From Trichoplax adhaerens (lineage: Eukaryota; Animalia; Placozoa): a stretch of 64,000 nucleotides of DNA. The stretch spans positions 715,262-779,261 of the forward strand of contig NW_002060963.1 of NCBI RefSeq assembly GCF_000150275.1, in the 5' to 3' direction. Both the position numbers and the translations under genes were made by a program. Positions 26,223 through 42,900 of the stretch are shown here, in pieces (the first letter of the stretch is position 1; every line of letters starts with the position of its first letter). The notes under the pieces were generated by a model. The model was not told the origin of the DNA. It searched no databases and saw nothing but the letters and a program-made list of their open reading frames with translations.

Positions 26223-28563
26223 AACATTCAAATTTTTCATTCCAACCACACACCCATCCGATGGGGTTTTCTACAGTCTTTTCACTGTAGACAACAAAGT
26301 AGGTATCCAGTAGTAGAAACGATTCTCAATCCTCTTACAATGCGTTAGTCGATGAGACCTGATAGAGGGAAGAAATAACTGCTAGAATCGCAGCTACAGT
26401 ACCAAGTACAGTAGTAGTTTTACCGTGGGAGGGAAATAAAAGTCTTTCATCATAATACGGACAGGACAGTCATTGGACGCCACCTTCCTCAACGGTACTG
26501 TATACTCGGTGGTCATGCAATCAAATCTTGATGACCTCTTTCGTTGGTATCTTTTTGTCAATGAGGTGACAAGTCATTTTGCACACACTTTTCTCAATCA
26601 CTGAAGCCGCATAGTCTGCTACAGCGCCAGTCAGTGTGGATTGTTGTGGCAACCATTATGGCAACAGTTTAGTGCTTGCGGCATTGGATATATTCATTGA
26701 ATAGACGTTATTAACTATTCAAATTACCAATTTCTTTGTTGCCATAGTGGATCCTTCATATTTCTTGCTAATATTTTTTTACTCGTACGCCAGATATCTA
26801 CTTACTATCTCTAGCAGTATCTGCTTAGTCTTGTACAATTTGTACTCACAGTACTGTACTCTGACAGTAACGATTGCATTATTATGCTTAATCCGCATAA
26901 ACTATACGTATGGATTGCGATCAACACCAAATCGGAATTCCATCTGATAGCAAAGCAATTTCAGGTTCTATTTTTATCCGGGGGTTCTAATCTATTCATA
27001 CTTCTACTGTACTGTACACTAAAAATATCAATTAAAAATACAACACATACTACAGTACAGTATGTCATCAACGTTGAGTTAAACGCCACAATAATGAAGA
27101 TACAGTATCAGTTAAGATTAGGCGATGCCAAAAGAATCTCGGTGACCCTCTGTTTAAATTAATTAATTATAATCGGTATCGTTATCACACCGCTCTAACT
27201 TCATTCTTGATAGTAGCAGTAGATGGCTGACTGCATAGCAGCATGATAGCTGTTGCACTATAACCTTATATATACAGTACTCCTGCTATTTTATGCTTGA
27301 CAATTTCTTCCACTTAATCTGAACTCAAAGTAAATAAGAAAAGATTTTAAAATTCATTTATATCAACAAATGAACTTTTTAAACAATGCTGATTTATCAA
27401 TCTTTTATCAATCATATGATTTACTCTACAAAGAACAGTGCTACCAACTTAGTAGACTGCAACACTCAATACGAATTGTACAAGTAGGAAACACTACAAT
27501 AACAAGAAACTTTTCTGTATCGCCGATGAAAGCTTAAAAATTAAAAATTACTCACACAGAATTATCTAAAGGTTGACGATTATTGCATATCGGAAAAATA
27601 TACTACCTGGCAAGAAGGAGTAACAATCTAATCGTAAAATAAATTGGTCTTTCAATTCGTTATCAGGCTGAAAAGCTTTAATGTTCCTGAAGTACTGTAT
27701 CTAGACCAATGACGCTATAGTCAGTATCCTATGATCTATTTACTACTCCATACAGTATACTAAATTCTCCACGGCACGCAAACAAACTCTATACAGTCAT
27801 TATCTTGCCTCTCGTAAACTGCTGCAAGCACAAGTGCAATATTACTTGAAAAAGTAAAGCGTGAATAGTTGCGTCTAACTAGATTTTGGGCTCTAAAGCA
27901 TATTTAAATATACGAACCAAGTGCCCACTAATTTATGCTAGACTGCATATTGATTGTTGTTTATTGTACAGAGAAAGTAAGTAAATATACAGTGACTGTG
28001 AAGTTTATTACTCGCTACGCATCCAGAGTTTTTTATGAATACTGGATGCCGGACTTTCTTTTCCTATCCTGTACTTTATGTAGGATTTATACTGTAAGCG
28101 TATAGTCATTTTCATGTAACACCCTGCCCATCAACTACGGAAATACAAGTGATGACAAGTCTTAGAAATTTAATAAAATGTTTCATCGATGAATAATAAA
28201 ACAGTGAAGTGATGCCAAGTTCTTAGTTGCTACACACGTAAAGCAGACTAATGACATATGAAATAAACTGAACTTCATCTGACAATGCTATTGCTTTACA
28301 ATAACAGATATTACTACCTTACAATTATTGACATAGAATAAATTTTGCACAAGCATAAAAACATCATGCAAATACAAGACGCATTTAATAATGAGTCGAA
28401 TTATTATCATTTTCTAACAATTGAATAAATTGTCAAGCCTAGGATATAGAATATTAGACTGATGAAATGGTAATCCACTGGAGTACAACCCCCATTCATT
28501 AACCAATCCGCTGCTGACGCTACTAGATTATAAACATCGTAGGTACATAGAGAAAACGTTAAT

Positions 28564-32395
<3,832 letters not shown>

Positions 32396-32670
32396 GTTGA
32401 ATTTGCTTTCCAAATTTCTTGGCCTTGTTCACTCTGCCTTCTAGCAGGCACTAACAATGAAAATCAGCCGACGATGCCGACGGTATAGTACTGCATCAAA
32501 CCATCCACCGATTCTATACTGTACCCTGTACGCTAGCGTGGTACACTTCAGGCGGTGACGTCACGCTACGTTGAGTGGCTGGAGCCGTGATACAATATCA
32601 CGGTAGCGTTATGAGCAGCATGCTTTTACCCACATGCGCGCTGCTGTATGATACAGTCTACACCGTAGTC

Positions 32671-34110
32671 ATGACTGACCCATTGGACAGTGTGACACTA
32701 CGCGTCTGGTGTAGCAGAACATCGACTGCGCAGGTTGAATATCCAAACTACGTCAATCTTCTCCTTTCGTGACTATGACTGACCTACTGGACACTGACAC
32801 TGCATGTAGAGTGTAGCAGAACCCTTCATCACTGCGCAAGTTGAATACCCAAACTAAGTCAATCTTCTCGTTGATAATGACTGACCCACTGGACGCTGAC
32901 ACTACGGGTATGGTGTAGCAGAACCCTTACAATGACTGAGCAGGTTGAACTACGTCAATCTTCTCATTGATAATGACTGACCCATTGGACACTGACACTA
33001 CGGGTAGAGTGTAGCAGAACCCTTACAATGACTGAGCAGGTTGAATATCCAAAGTACGTCGTCAATCTTCTCATTGATAATGACTGACCCACTGGACACT
33101 GACACTACATGTACTGTATGGTGTAGCAGAACCCTGATCAATGATCACTAGAGTCAGTAGAGTGAGCAGGTTGAATATCCAAACTACGTCAATCTTCTCC
33201 TTAGTAATGACTGACCTTCTGGACACTGACACTACAAGAACCCTTACACTGTACAATGACTGCGCAGGTTGAATATCCAAACTACGTCAATCTTCTCCTT
33301 TCGTCATGACTGGACCTACTGGACACTGACACTACAGTACATGTAGAGTGTAGCAGAACCCTTCATCACTGCGCAGGTTGAATACCCAAACTACGTCAAT
33401 CTTCTCGTTGATAATGACTGACCCACTGGACGCTGACACTACGGGTATGGTGTAGCAGAACCCTTACAATGACTGAGCAGGTTGAACTACGTCAATCTTC
33501 TCATTGATAATGACTGACCCATTGGACACTGACACTACGGGTAGAGTGTAGCAGAACCCTTACAATGACTGAGCAGGTTGAATATCCAAAGTACGTCGTC
33601 AATCTTCTCATTGATAATGACTGATCCACAGGACACTGACACTACATGTACTGTATGGTGTAGCAGAACCCTGATCAATGATCACTAGAGTCAGTAGAGT
33701 GAGCAGGTTGAATATCCAAACTACGTCAATCTTCTCCTTAGTAATGACTGACCTTCTGGACACTGACACTACATGTACGGTGTAGCAGAACCCTTACACT
33801 GTACAATGACTGAGCAGGTTGAATATCCAAACTACAGTACATCAATCTTCTCCTTTCGTCATGACTGGACCTACTGGACACTGACACTACATGTAGAGTG
33901 TAGCAGAACCCTTCATCACTGCGCAGGTTGAATACCCAAACTAACGTCAATCTTCTCGTTGATAATGACTGACCTACTAGACGCTGACACTACGGGTATG
34001 GTGAAGCAGAACCCTTACAATGACTGAGCAGGTTGAATATCCAAACTACGTCAATCTTCTCATTGATAATGAGTTTATGACTGACCCACTGGACACTGAC
34101 ACTACGCGTA
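32671..34110. repeat. ~104-bp monomer tandem array (about 13.5 units) with a 5-unit, ~537-bp higher-order repeat, directly upstream of PSMC1
   Basis: ATGACTG(G)AC anchors at about 32671, 32775, 32877, 32973, 33080, 33207, 33306, 33414, 33510, 33617, 33744, 33861, 33965, 34077. Diagnostic variants recur 537 bp apart (32877/33414, 32973/33510, 33080/33617, 33207/33744). Confidence 0.95.
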
Positions 34111-34599
34111 AGCTTCACCCTAATCACTGATTCGGGTAAAGATCAAACTACCTCGATCTTCTCGTTGTAATCAACTATCTCGGAAATCAAATGGCAAGGG
34201 TTTTAATTTCTCCAATCACTTTAACCCTGTTGCAATTGCAAGCATCCTTTGCTTACAGTAAGTACAGTAAGTACAGACTGTCTTCTTCATTCATATCGTA
34301 CGACTGTACCCGCCAGATACAGCACGCAGACCATGCTGGCAGAAACATCACTTCATATCCAACATGACGTTGCACTTTTTCAATCGTATCATCATTGGGT
34401 ACTCTCTCTCATTCAAGGATCATGTATCGGACAGACGGATTCCTTTCTTACCCAATGTAGCCGTCAATGTCCCAAAATACTTACTGTGTGTATGTACTTG
34501 TAGTATGGATCTTGGGTGTCTGCTTTGGAAATCACTGCTACTCCTTTTTCTACAGTAGAACATGGACGATCTTATACAACTGGTTCCAAGTAGAACTTA

Positions 34600-34884
34600 C
34601 GGATCTATTATTAATATCCGACTCCTACAATTTCGATAGACTTGAAGTCAAGATTGCAATAAAGCAGTAGGCAATGTGTCTTTAGAATCGAGCTCTTACT
34701 GCTACTGATGTCTGCTCTAGAACGACAGTAGGCAGAAAAATGACTACTCAATAAGCTTTGGACAACCCATTCTCATCGACTTTCCATGATGATTGAATGG
34801 CGACGGATGGATACTCTCATAGGTTCAACAGTGCGAAAATACTCTGAAAGTCTATCAAAATTGTAGGAGTCGACTGATGATCCG
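34600..34884. mobile_element. Putative MITE / non-autonomous DNA transposon remnant
   Basis: 24/25-bp inverted repeats CGACTCCTACAATTTCGATAGACTT (34619-34643) and AAGTCTATCAAAATTGTAGGAGTCG (34848-34872). Outer CGGATC (34600, preceded by TA) and GATCCG (34879-34884). No coding capacity. Confidence 0.5.
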
Positions 34885-35649
34885 AATTTAGTGACGGATA
34901 ACAACATTTTACGTAATATTACTTCATTTAGAAAAAAATCAGTCAATTTAAAATCGACCGTCTACATATTAAAGTACCATCGCAATGACAGCAATAGTTG
35001 GACGAAATGAGACCGAAAATGTCTGTTCGTCCAAGAGTGATCAGTCAGGGACAATTCAAGTAAAATATTACTATAAGCCCCTTTTTCCACCGTCTACTTT
35101 CTCGATCTCTTTTTACGATATAGTCATGGGGATTATAATAGTAAGAGAGACAGTAGATGGTGAGATGAGAGTTTGGTGGATAAAAGGGAACACATTTTTA
35201 CTTAAGTAGCCCATGGAACTCAAGTAAAAATGGTTCCCCTATATTTTGTCCTTGAAGGAACAAATTCTCCCCTTGGCCTATCAATAGATTACTCCGGACA
35301 ATCTTATGATCAGGACAAATAGTACTGTCCGTAGTAGTCGCTGCTGTCCATCGTGCTAGCGCACCTGCCAGTCGCCCTTTTCTCTCACCATCTCACTTTA
35401 CAAAAATCCTCATTCTTACTTTAGAATCCCATAAAATGTTGTAAAAGAAGGTTGACAATTTCATAAAAAGACAGTAAGTGGTAACATTTTTACTTCATGG
35501 GATTATAAAGTAACAGTGAGGATTTTATAAAGTGGCAGCAAGGAGTAACAATCTTACTGGAGTAGTTGGCGATATCTGCATTATGCTGTTGACTATCAAG
35601 GTGACGCACTCTAGGCATTTTTCAAAAAATTCGATCCTTTAATACTGTA

Positions 35650-36480
35650 CCGTATCGTCATCGTCAAAATTCTACCATTCCAATGCTTTGATCTACTCTA
35701 TTATCGTTGCTCTTAATTTCAACTGATAATGAACGCATTTTAAAATTCACTTGTAATATCAGTCAATAATAGACGAGACGAATCTCAAACTGTTTCAACC
35801 GAACTTCATTTTAAGCTTTTAATGAACACATGCAGTTTTCCGTGATTGCATTACTTCATATTAATGCGATGATCTATGGAATTTACATACTGTAGCTTTC
35901 ATTCGTGCATGAATCAATTATTTGAACATCCTGTTGTCCCATAGATCACTGGGTAATCACTTGAAGAGTCATGCTATGGCTAATTCAAACTAATATCTAT
36001 GACCAGTAAATCCGGGATAGACGGCAAAATGAATGTACTGCTGACTAAAAGCATGCGACAGATCGACAGTAGTGTACGCTGTATCAAGATACACCACTGG
36101 CAATAGCCAAAAGTCCTATAGGAACTAATCTAGTTCTACGTCATCATCGCCAAAATTTTGCGATTCTTGCCTAGGATAACTTATTTTAATTGTTGCTGCT
36201 CATAATTTTAATTTTAACTGATATTGAATACATTTTAATATCAACTTGTGATTTCATTCAATAGTAGACGAAAGCCTTCTTAGATGATTCAACCGAACTC
36301 CATTTTAATACGGGTATATTCAGTTTTCCTTATTTAAATTATTATCATCACTACACGAGTATTCCGCTAACCTTAAACATCATTGATTCATCTTTCAAGC
36401 GTTATACTATCAGTTATGCTATAGTTAATTCTAACCGATACTCATAACAATTAGATCGGCCACGAAAGGCAAACTAGACT
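35650..36480. repeat. Old, diverged ~490-bp tandem duplication
   Basis: Shared collinear blocks CATCGxCAAAATT, AACTGATAxTGAAxxCATTTTAA, TCAATAxTAGACGA, TTCAACCGAACTxCATTTTAA, CAGTTTTCC, ATGCTATxGxTAATTC at ~35650-36050 and ~36140-36480. Confidence 0.65.
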
Positions 36481-36948
36481 AACATAGTATTGATTTCGCC
36501 GACATTACCGAATTACAGTAATTATTATTAGCAAATATCATTCATCAAGAATGTCTTGACAAAATAACACCTATTTGAAATATGCGTAGAGTAGTATATT
36601 ACTGACTCTAATCGCTTCCATTTGAAATAAATTTCTATCATACTCCTATTTGTATCGCCATTATTGATCCATATACTCAGATTTCCAACAACGTTATCCA
36701 ATAACATTTCTGCTACATGTTGTATCATATACATGCTAGTTAAAATAGATAAACAATATCGTATCAAATAATGAATAAACTTTGCACTCGTATCAGTAAC
36801 TCATCCATATTATAAATCAATAAAGTGAGTCTATATTGGTTAAGAATGAAAAGTTCTATCGCTATCATTAACTTAGCCTTCGCTAAATTTTATAATATGA
36901 CTCACAGTCTAGATAATTACCTTCAATTTATATAAAGACGCGCTTGCA

Positions 36949-39900
36949 TCACATTTTTATAGGTCCATTAATACTGTCAATATCACTATCGACATAGTGG
37001 GCATCTTCCTATAATAGTATAGACCGTTACATACTTAGCTGATTCGCTAATATAAACCCAATTCAGTATTACAATACTTAACACAGAAAGAACTAATTAT
37101 AAAACTATCGTATCAAGCTAGAAATTAGAGATATAAATACGTATATATGCTTTACCAGTTCTGAAATATAGCTAGGCTTTTTCTTTGTTTGCTTACGTAC
37201 AACCTATATAATTACGACATTATAAAATGAACCTTTTCCCGTAAAAGTGCTAAAGTTATGATTGGTTTTAGAATTGATTCATCTCATACTATTAGCTATC
37301 CTAATGACAGCTCAATATGTATCTTAATATGATAGACCATCATACGTATAAAATTATAAAATAATAAATGCCTACCTTGCAAATGACAAAGATGATGACT
37401 ATCACTCCAACAGAACCTGTTACGGAAACTGCAACAATTGCACTAATGGATGCTCCAGGTAATCCATAGCCAGCCTCCCTTGCAAAATATCCTGTAGAAA
37501 CGATGCTACGATCATCGAATTGAACGGTTAAATTTCCTGCCTATTAGGATAAATAGAAAAATTTTTAGTATACGTACCGAGGCTACTAGCTGGTGACTAT
37601 AGTTAAGCAGCTATGATGAACACGGTGCTATCTTTTACAAAAATTATAAAAGCCAGAATTCAAATTATTGATAGTTTCCTTTTAAATTGACTATCTTCAT
37701 TGTTAAAATATTAAAAGCCTTATATTTCAATCAATTGTATATACCTGTAATTCTATTGCACGCATAGTTTGGTAAGTAATGGGTGGTTTCGGCATGAGGT
37801 GAAAATGGATAGATATTCTGTTAATTCCTGTATTGGAATCCGGAAAAATCTATTGATAATAATTAATCAATAGTATTCAAGTAGAAAAGTAATCATGTAG
37901 AAAATGCCTCTTGACTGAGTTATTAACTTTAGTCTGTTCCTCACAGAATCATACTCTGAGAAATTAATGCTCAACTATGATGAGAGTAATTTTAGCAATT
38001 AGTCAGCTTAACAGTCAATTCAACAATATCGTATTGATGTAATCAGCTAAAGATTTACCTGTACATCTCGTAACGTAGTGTATGGCTCTATGCCAAACCT
38101 TGCACTCATTACTGACTCAAAGGCTCTAAAAAAAGGAATCAGATTGATCAGATTGATTATACATTATTTAAGTATTATATTCGAGTGCTTATAGAATTTA
38201 TACAATTTGGTCATTTATACATGTTATGAACTCTTACTTCATCACTACGATAATTCATATATCACCTTTTGTCAATACTTACTCCACGAAATCATTAACG
38301 TTGGTTAAAGAATCGAACGGCGCATCAAATTCTAGTGTTGCACCATAATATCTGTTGAATATTAAAATCGCTTTAATGTCAATACTAGTCAATCATACAT
38401 TTTTAAGATCATTCTACAATTTCATCATCAAGGTCATCATAAATGAATATAGGTAGGGTTAGGTAATTTGTCAATTGGATAATCTAATTTCCTGTATTTT
38501 GAACGCGGCAAAATCTTCTACAATCAATGATTGACAGAAAATCGACACACCGATACTTAAATATAAATTGCCAGTTAAAGAAATTAGCTGGCCTTATAAG
38601 ACAATTTAATAACAAAATCAAACAACTGCCTCTAGTTTCAGCAAGTACTGTAAATACTAAAAATTTCATAAATAGAATACGGCCGAATAAATCAAATAAT
38701 ATCATGATATGAAATGATAATTTCACACGATTGCAATGATTTCCTGCTAATGCTCAAATAAATAAGCATTTTGTATATTAGATATGATTTTCCGATTTAT
38801 AAACTTGAATCGTTTCTTACAGGTTACAATCAAAACTATTTAAAATAAGAGATTTATCTTAAAATTGAGTGGATTATGTAGTACTTATATAACAGTATCA
38901 ACTACTTACACAAAATTATGAAGATAAGATAGGCCTCTTATGATAAAGAAAATCCATTATGAAATATAGGGTAAGAACATACCGCAATGTAGGACAAGTT
39001 GGCTTATTGATGGAGACTGTACCAGGCATAATTTCTCCAAATATATTAACACACCAGCAGTACTTGGTGCTTTCATCGCATTGTAATCCAGCAAAAGAGC
39101 CATCCGGATTACATTCCGGAATATAAACTCCAGTTCTTTGCAATGGTCTACCATTTGGCAAAGTAGTAGTATTTCTTCTAGCTATGAAGCATTCTGATAA
39201 AGCTTCTGTAATGGAAAAAATATAAATTCGTGTAAAAAAATTTCAATAATATTGGCAATTCTGATCAAAATCAACTATTCGAGTGTATTCCTTCTATTTA
39301 ATTATTATAAAACCCAGTAATTTTGTAATTTAGTAATACGCTGTCCAATGCAAAATGGCGCTAAAATTTCGGTTTGCTGTGCTTAAAATTAAAATTATTA
39401 TATATGCATGATTTTATCAAAGTATTAGTGAAAATGACCAAGTGCTAATTAAACATAGCGCCAAAAATATGTATCGTAATATTTATGTTTATTCAATCAA
39501 TTACTTCAAGAATAAGCTATAGAGCAAATGATATATGACAGGAGGATTAGCTTACCTGCTTTCAAATGAGAAGTTATTACATCTTATCTGAAATACGGTA
39601 CCTTTTGGAATTGGTTTTTTACATTTTGTAGCAATGCCACAGCCTTCGGTAGCGCAGCATTTATAATCACTTCCACAGTCTCCATCAGAACTACATTCTC
39701 CAGTACATTGGTATTCATTTTCTATTTTATTGACTTCAGGACAATACCCAGATTTACCTATGATCAGAAGCCGATTCTATATCACTACTAATAATTTTGC
39801 GATTGTTCTTATAATAATTTGCTAGGTATTAAATATTTAAGGTAGTAAATATTGAAAGCAATTACACGCTTTTATATACTGTACATAAACTGTATCTTGA

Positions 39901-42900
39901 CATTATAAAATTGGTGAGAAAGAAATAATATGTTTCGCTCAGTAACAATTACTTATATTGCATTGCGCAGTTGACGGTGATCTTGTACCAATAACTTCAA
40001 CTCCATTACGATCAACGCACCTTTAAATAGCAGAAAGTTCAACAAGTGTTTCTGTTAATATAGCCTTATAACTAAAACCATAAAATTTTTAATGGCAATT
40101 GTAAGAAAATCTTTATGTCGATAATATTATTTCTGGATACTTACCAGCAGCATTACATTATCAGAAATCAACGTTACTTAATATCATTATTAGTAGCAGT
40201 TATAAATTTTAAAATAATAATTCTCTTACCAACATTCTTTAGGTATAGTCCGGCACTGTATTTTTAAGTATTCTCCATTTTTATCGCATTCTGGTAGAAA
40301 TACTGCCGTTGTGTTCACAATTCCATATGATGGAGTAGTACTTGTGGTGTTAGAGATGAGACCAACCGCTTTCATTTTAGCATTATATCGAGCCAGCTGG
40401 CATTTTTTTAACCCTGTAATAATTATAGTAATTGCGTAACGATTATTTATTAAAGTAATTTATGTATAAACAATACTAATCAACTCGTTTAATTTATCTA
40501 AGGTTGTAAAGCCTAGCAGCATTTTCAGTTTAAGCTCAACAATTATATTCCGTAAAAATATTTTTATGCCATAAACGAGTACTAAACTATCGATACTAAT
40601 TCCGCTAAATTGGAATATTTGTAGTAATCAATAAAATTATCAATCAAATATTAGATTACGTCTTTCAATATGTATGTGACTTTCGACTTAACATAATACC
40701 ATTAATGCAGGTGCTAGCTTCTACATCTAATTTACCCTCAGTGCAATTAACGCTACGACGATTGCCATCATGAAATCGTATTGCGCAATTTGAGCAGATA
40801 TCTTGAATACATATAGCATTCGGATGGGCTGGGCATTCTGCCAAAGCACAACGTGGCGCCTCACACAGGATAGCCAAATGATTGGCTTGACAAGCTAGAT
40901 TTACCAACACAATACGGATTAACGATAGAAGCTTACAGTATTAAAATGATAAATAGTAACATTTTATTCTAATCAAAACTGAATATCGAAAGAAAACTAC
41001 TAGATACTACGCATATTTTAAACTAATTGTATTTTGTAACTAGAATTGTCCAATTCGACTTTTAATATTGAATGGTCAAGTATGCTTAAGGTAAGGGTGA
41101 TTTGATTGAATAGTAATGAATATTTGTTCACATTTTGCAATTCCTAATATCTCAAGCTAATGGCTGTCCAAAATAGTTAAGAAAATGTACTGTATATAAC
41201 AACCGTATTCTAATCGTAATCGCTATCATTTTTAAAGAGGATAAAGCAAGGTAAGCAATTATTACAATACAGGTATGACATCAGAATGATAGGTATGTTT
41301 AATTCTATTCAAATTCATGGCATACTAATTATATTATATTTAACCTGGATAAACTGCTTTAAGGCAAAGTGTACCACCACATCCATTTAGACAACACTTA
41401 TAGCCTGCATCGCATTGTGTATCGTTTTCACATGAGTTTCTGATAGTGCAATTACTTGCAGCCATTTCAAGGTTAGAAATAACAGGACATAGCCCGGGCC
41501 GAACTAGATTGATCAATTTTATTAATGATACAGCAGATTACTGTTATAACCATTAAAAAGAAATTAGCCGTTTAAAGATAGATGAATAATATAGAAACTG
41601 ATTGATCCTATACTTACTTGATCTAGTTGCACCAGCACAGTTTCTGTACCCAGTAGTGATAGTGTCTTGCTCGATACGGCCGCGACGACTTGAACACCAG
41701 CAAATTCCTTGCCAACATTGCAAAGGATAATATTCTTCCGTGTAACGATTATTTATTTTCGTACACCTTGGTATAAATCGACGATATAATGTGCTAATAG
41801 GAACTTTAACACGATCAGAACCCTGATTGAGTACAACTCCGGTGATATCATACACCATTTTCATGCAGTAATTCAAACCTAAGAGTGGGATAATTTAATA
41901 GTTAGAGGTTTGCCCGCGTTCAACTTTTTATTAGACTATTAGCTTAGGCTTAAAATCAAATTTAATTATAGTAGGTATAACATGGTATAATAACATTGCA
42001 TTTAATACAATAATAATCTTATTAACATCACTTCACGCCAACTTTCCAATTAAGTTCCAGTAAAATTATCGGTCAAATGAAAACACCAAGATTCAAGGCT
42101 ACATTTGTACTATTCAGTGATTTAGAATACTAGCAACAGGTTCTTGTTGTTGCTTTACGAATTAATTATGACTGTTACGACAAGAGTCCATGAATGTTGA
42201 CTTAGAAAGTACCGTACTATAAATCTGTGTAATCCGATCTCAACAATTTATCATTGGAAACAAATTGCTAAATCTAACCACTTTGTGCAGGTATGGAAGG
42301 TCCTAAAAGTTGATAAAAAGTTAAAAGATGGAAACATCTATTCAAAATGACATTGGATAAAGTATTATTTCTATTGTATATGATATTTAAACACCCATTG
42401 CTAAAGTAACAGTATTAAGGAATAGACGTGTAATAGTATGATATACAGGGCAACTCTATTGCACTTTTTATTTTATTTTATTGTCATTTTAAGTTAAATC
42501 CTTGGATTTAAGAAAAGCTCTTACGTGGGCATCTGTCATTTGGCAATATACGACCATTGGTATCACTACACCTGCGATAAAATATTGCATTAATAATAAA
42601 ATAGAAACAGAATCTTATTACTAATTAATGCGATTAGTTTATAACAGTATTTTATATTTACTTTATGTAGGTCTTCTTTTTATCTAGTTTACCTTATTCT
42701 TGTACACAAACATACTCAATTTAATCAATAATTAACTAAATGATATGGTATAGCTATAGTAAATAATAAAGACTATCATATTTAAAGATACTGTTTAAAA
42801 TGTCGTATAGGAATACTTAACGATCTTAAGAGTGCAGAAGAATTCAAAAGTGGTAATAATACCGTTATTGAAATTAAATTCTTGGTAGGCAATTATTTTA

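Noticed and set aside
40140-40160. Extra TGCTG|GTAAGT donor-like site mimicking the split TY exon end
   Set aside because: No upstream acceptor or open exon supports an alternative exon.
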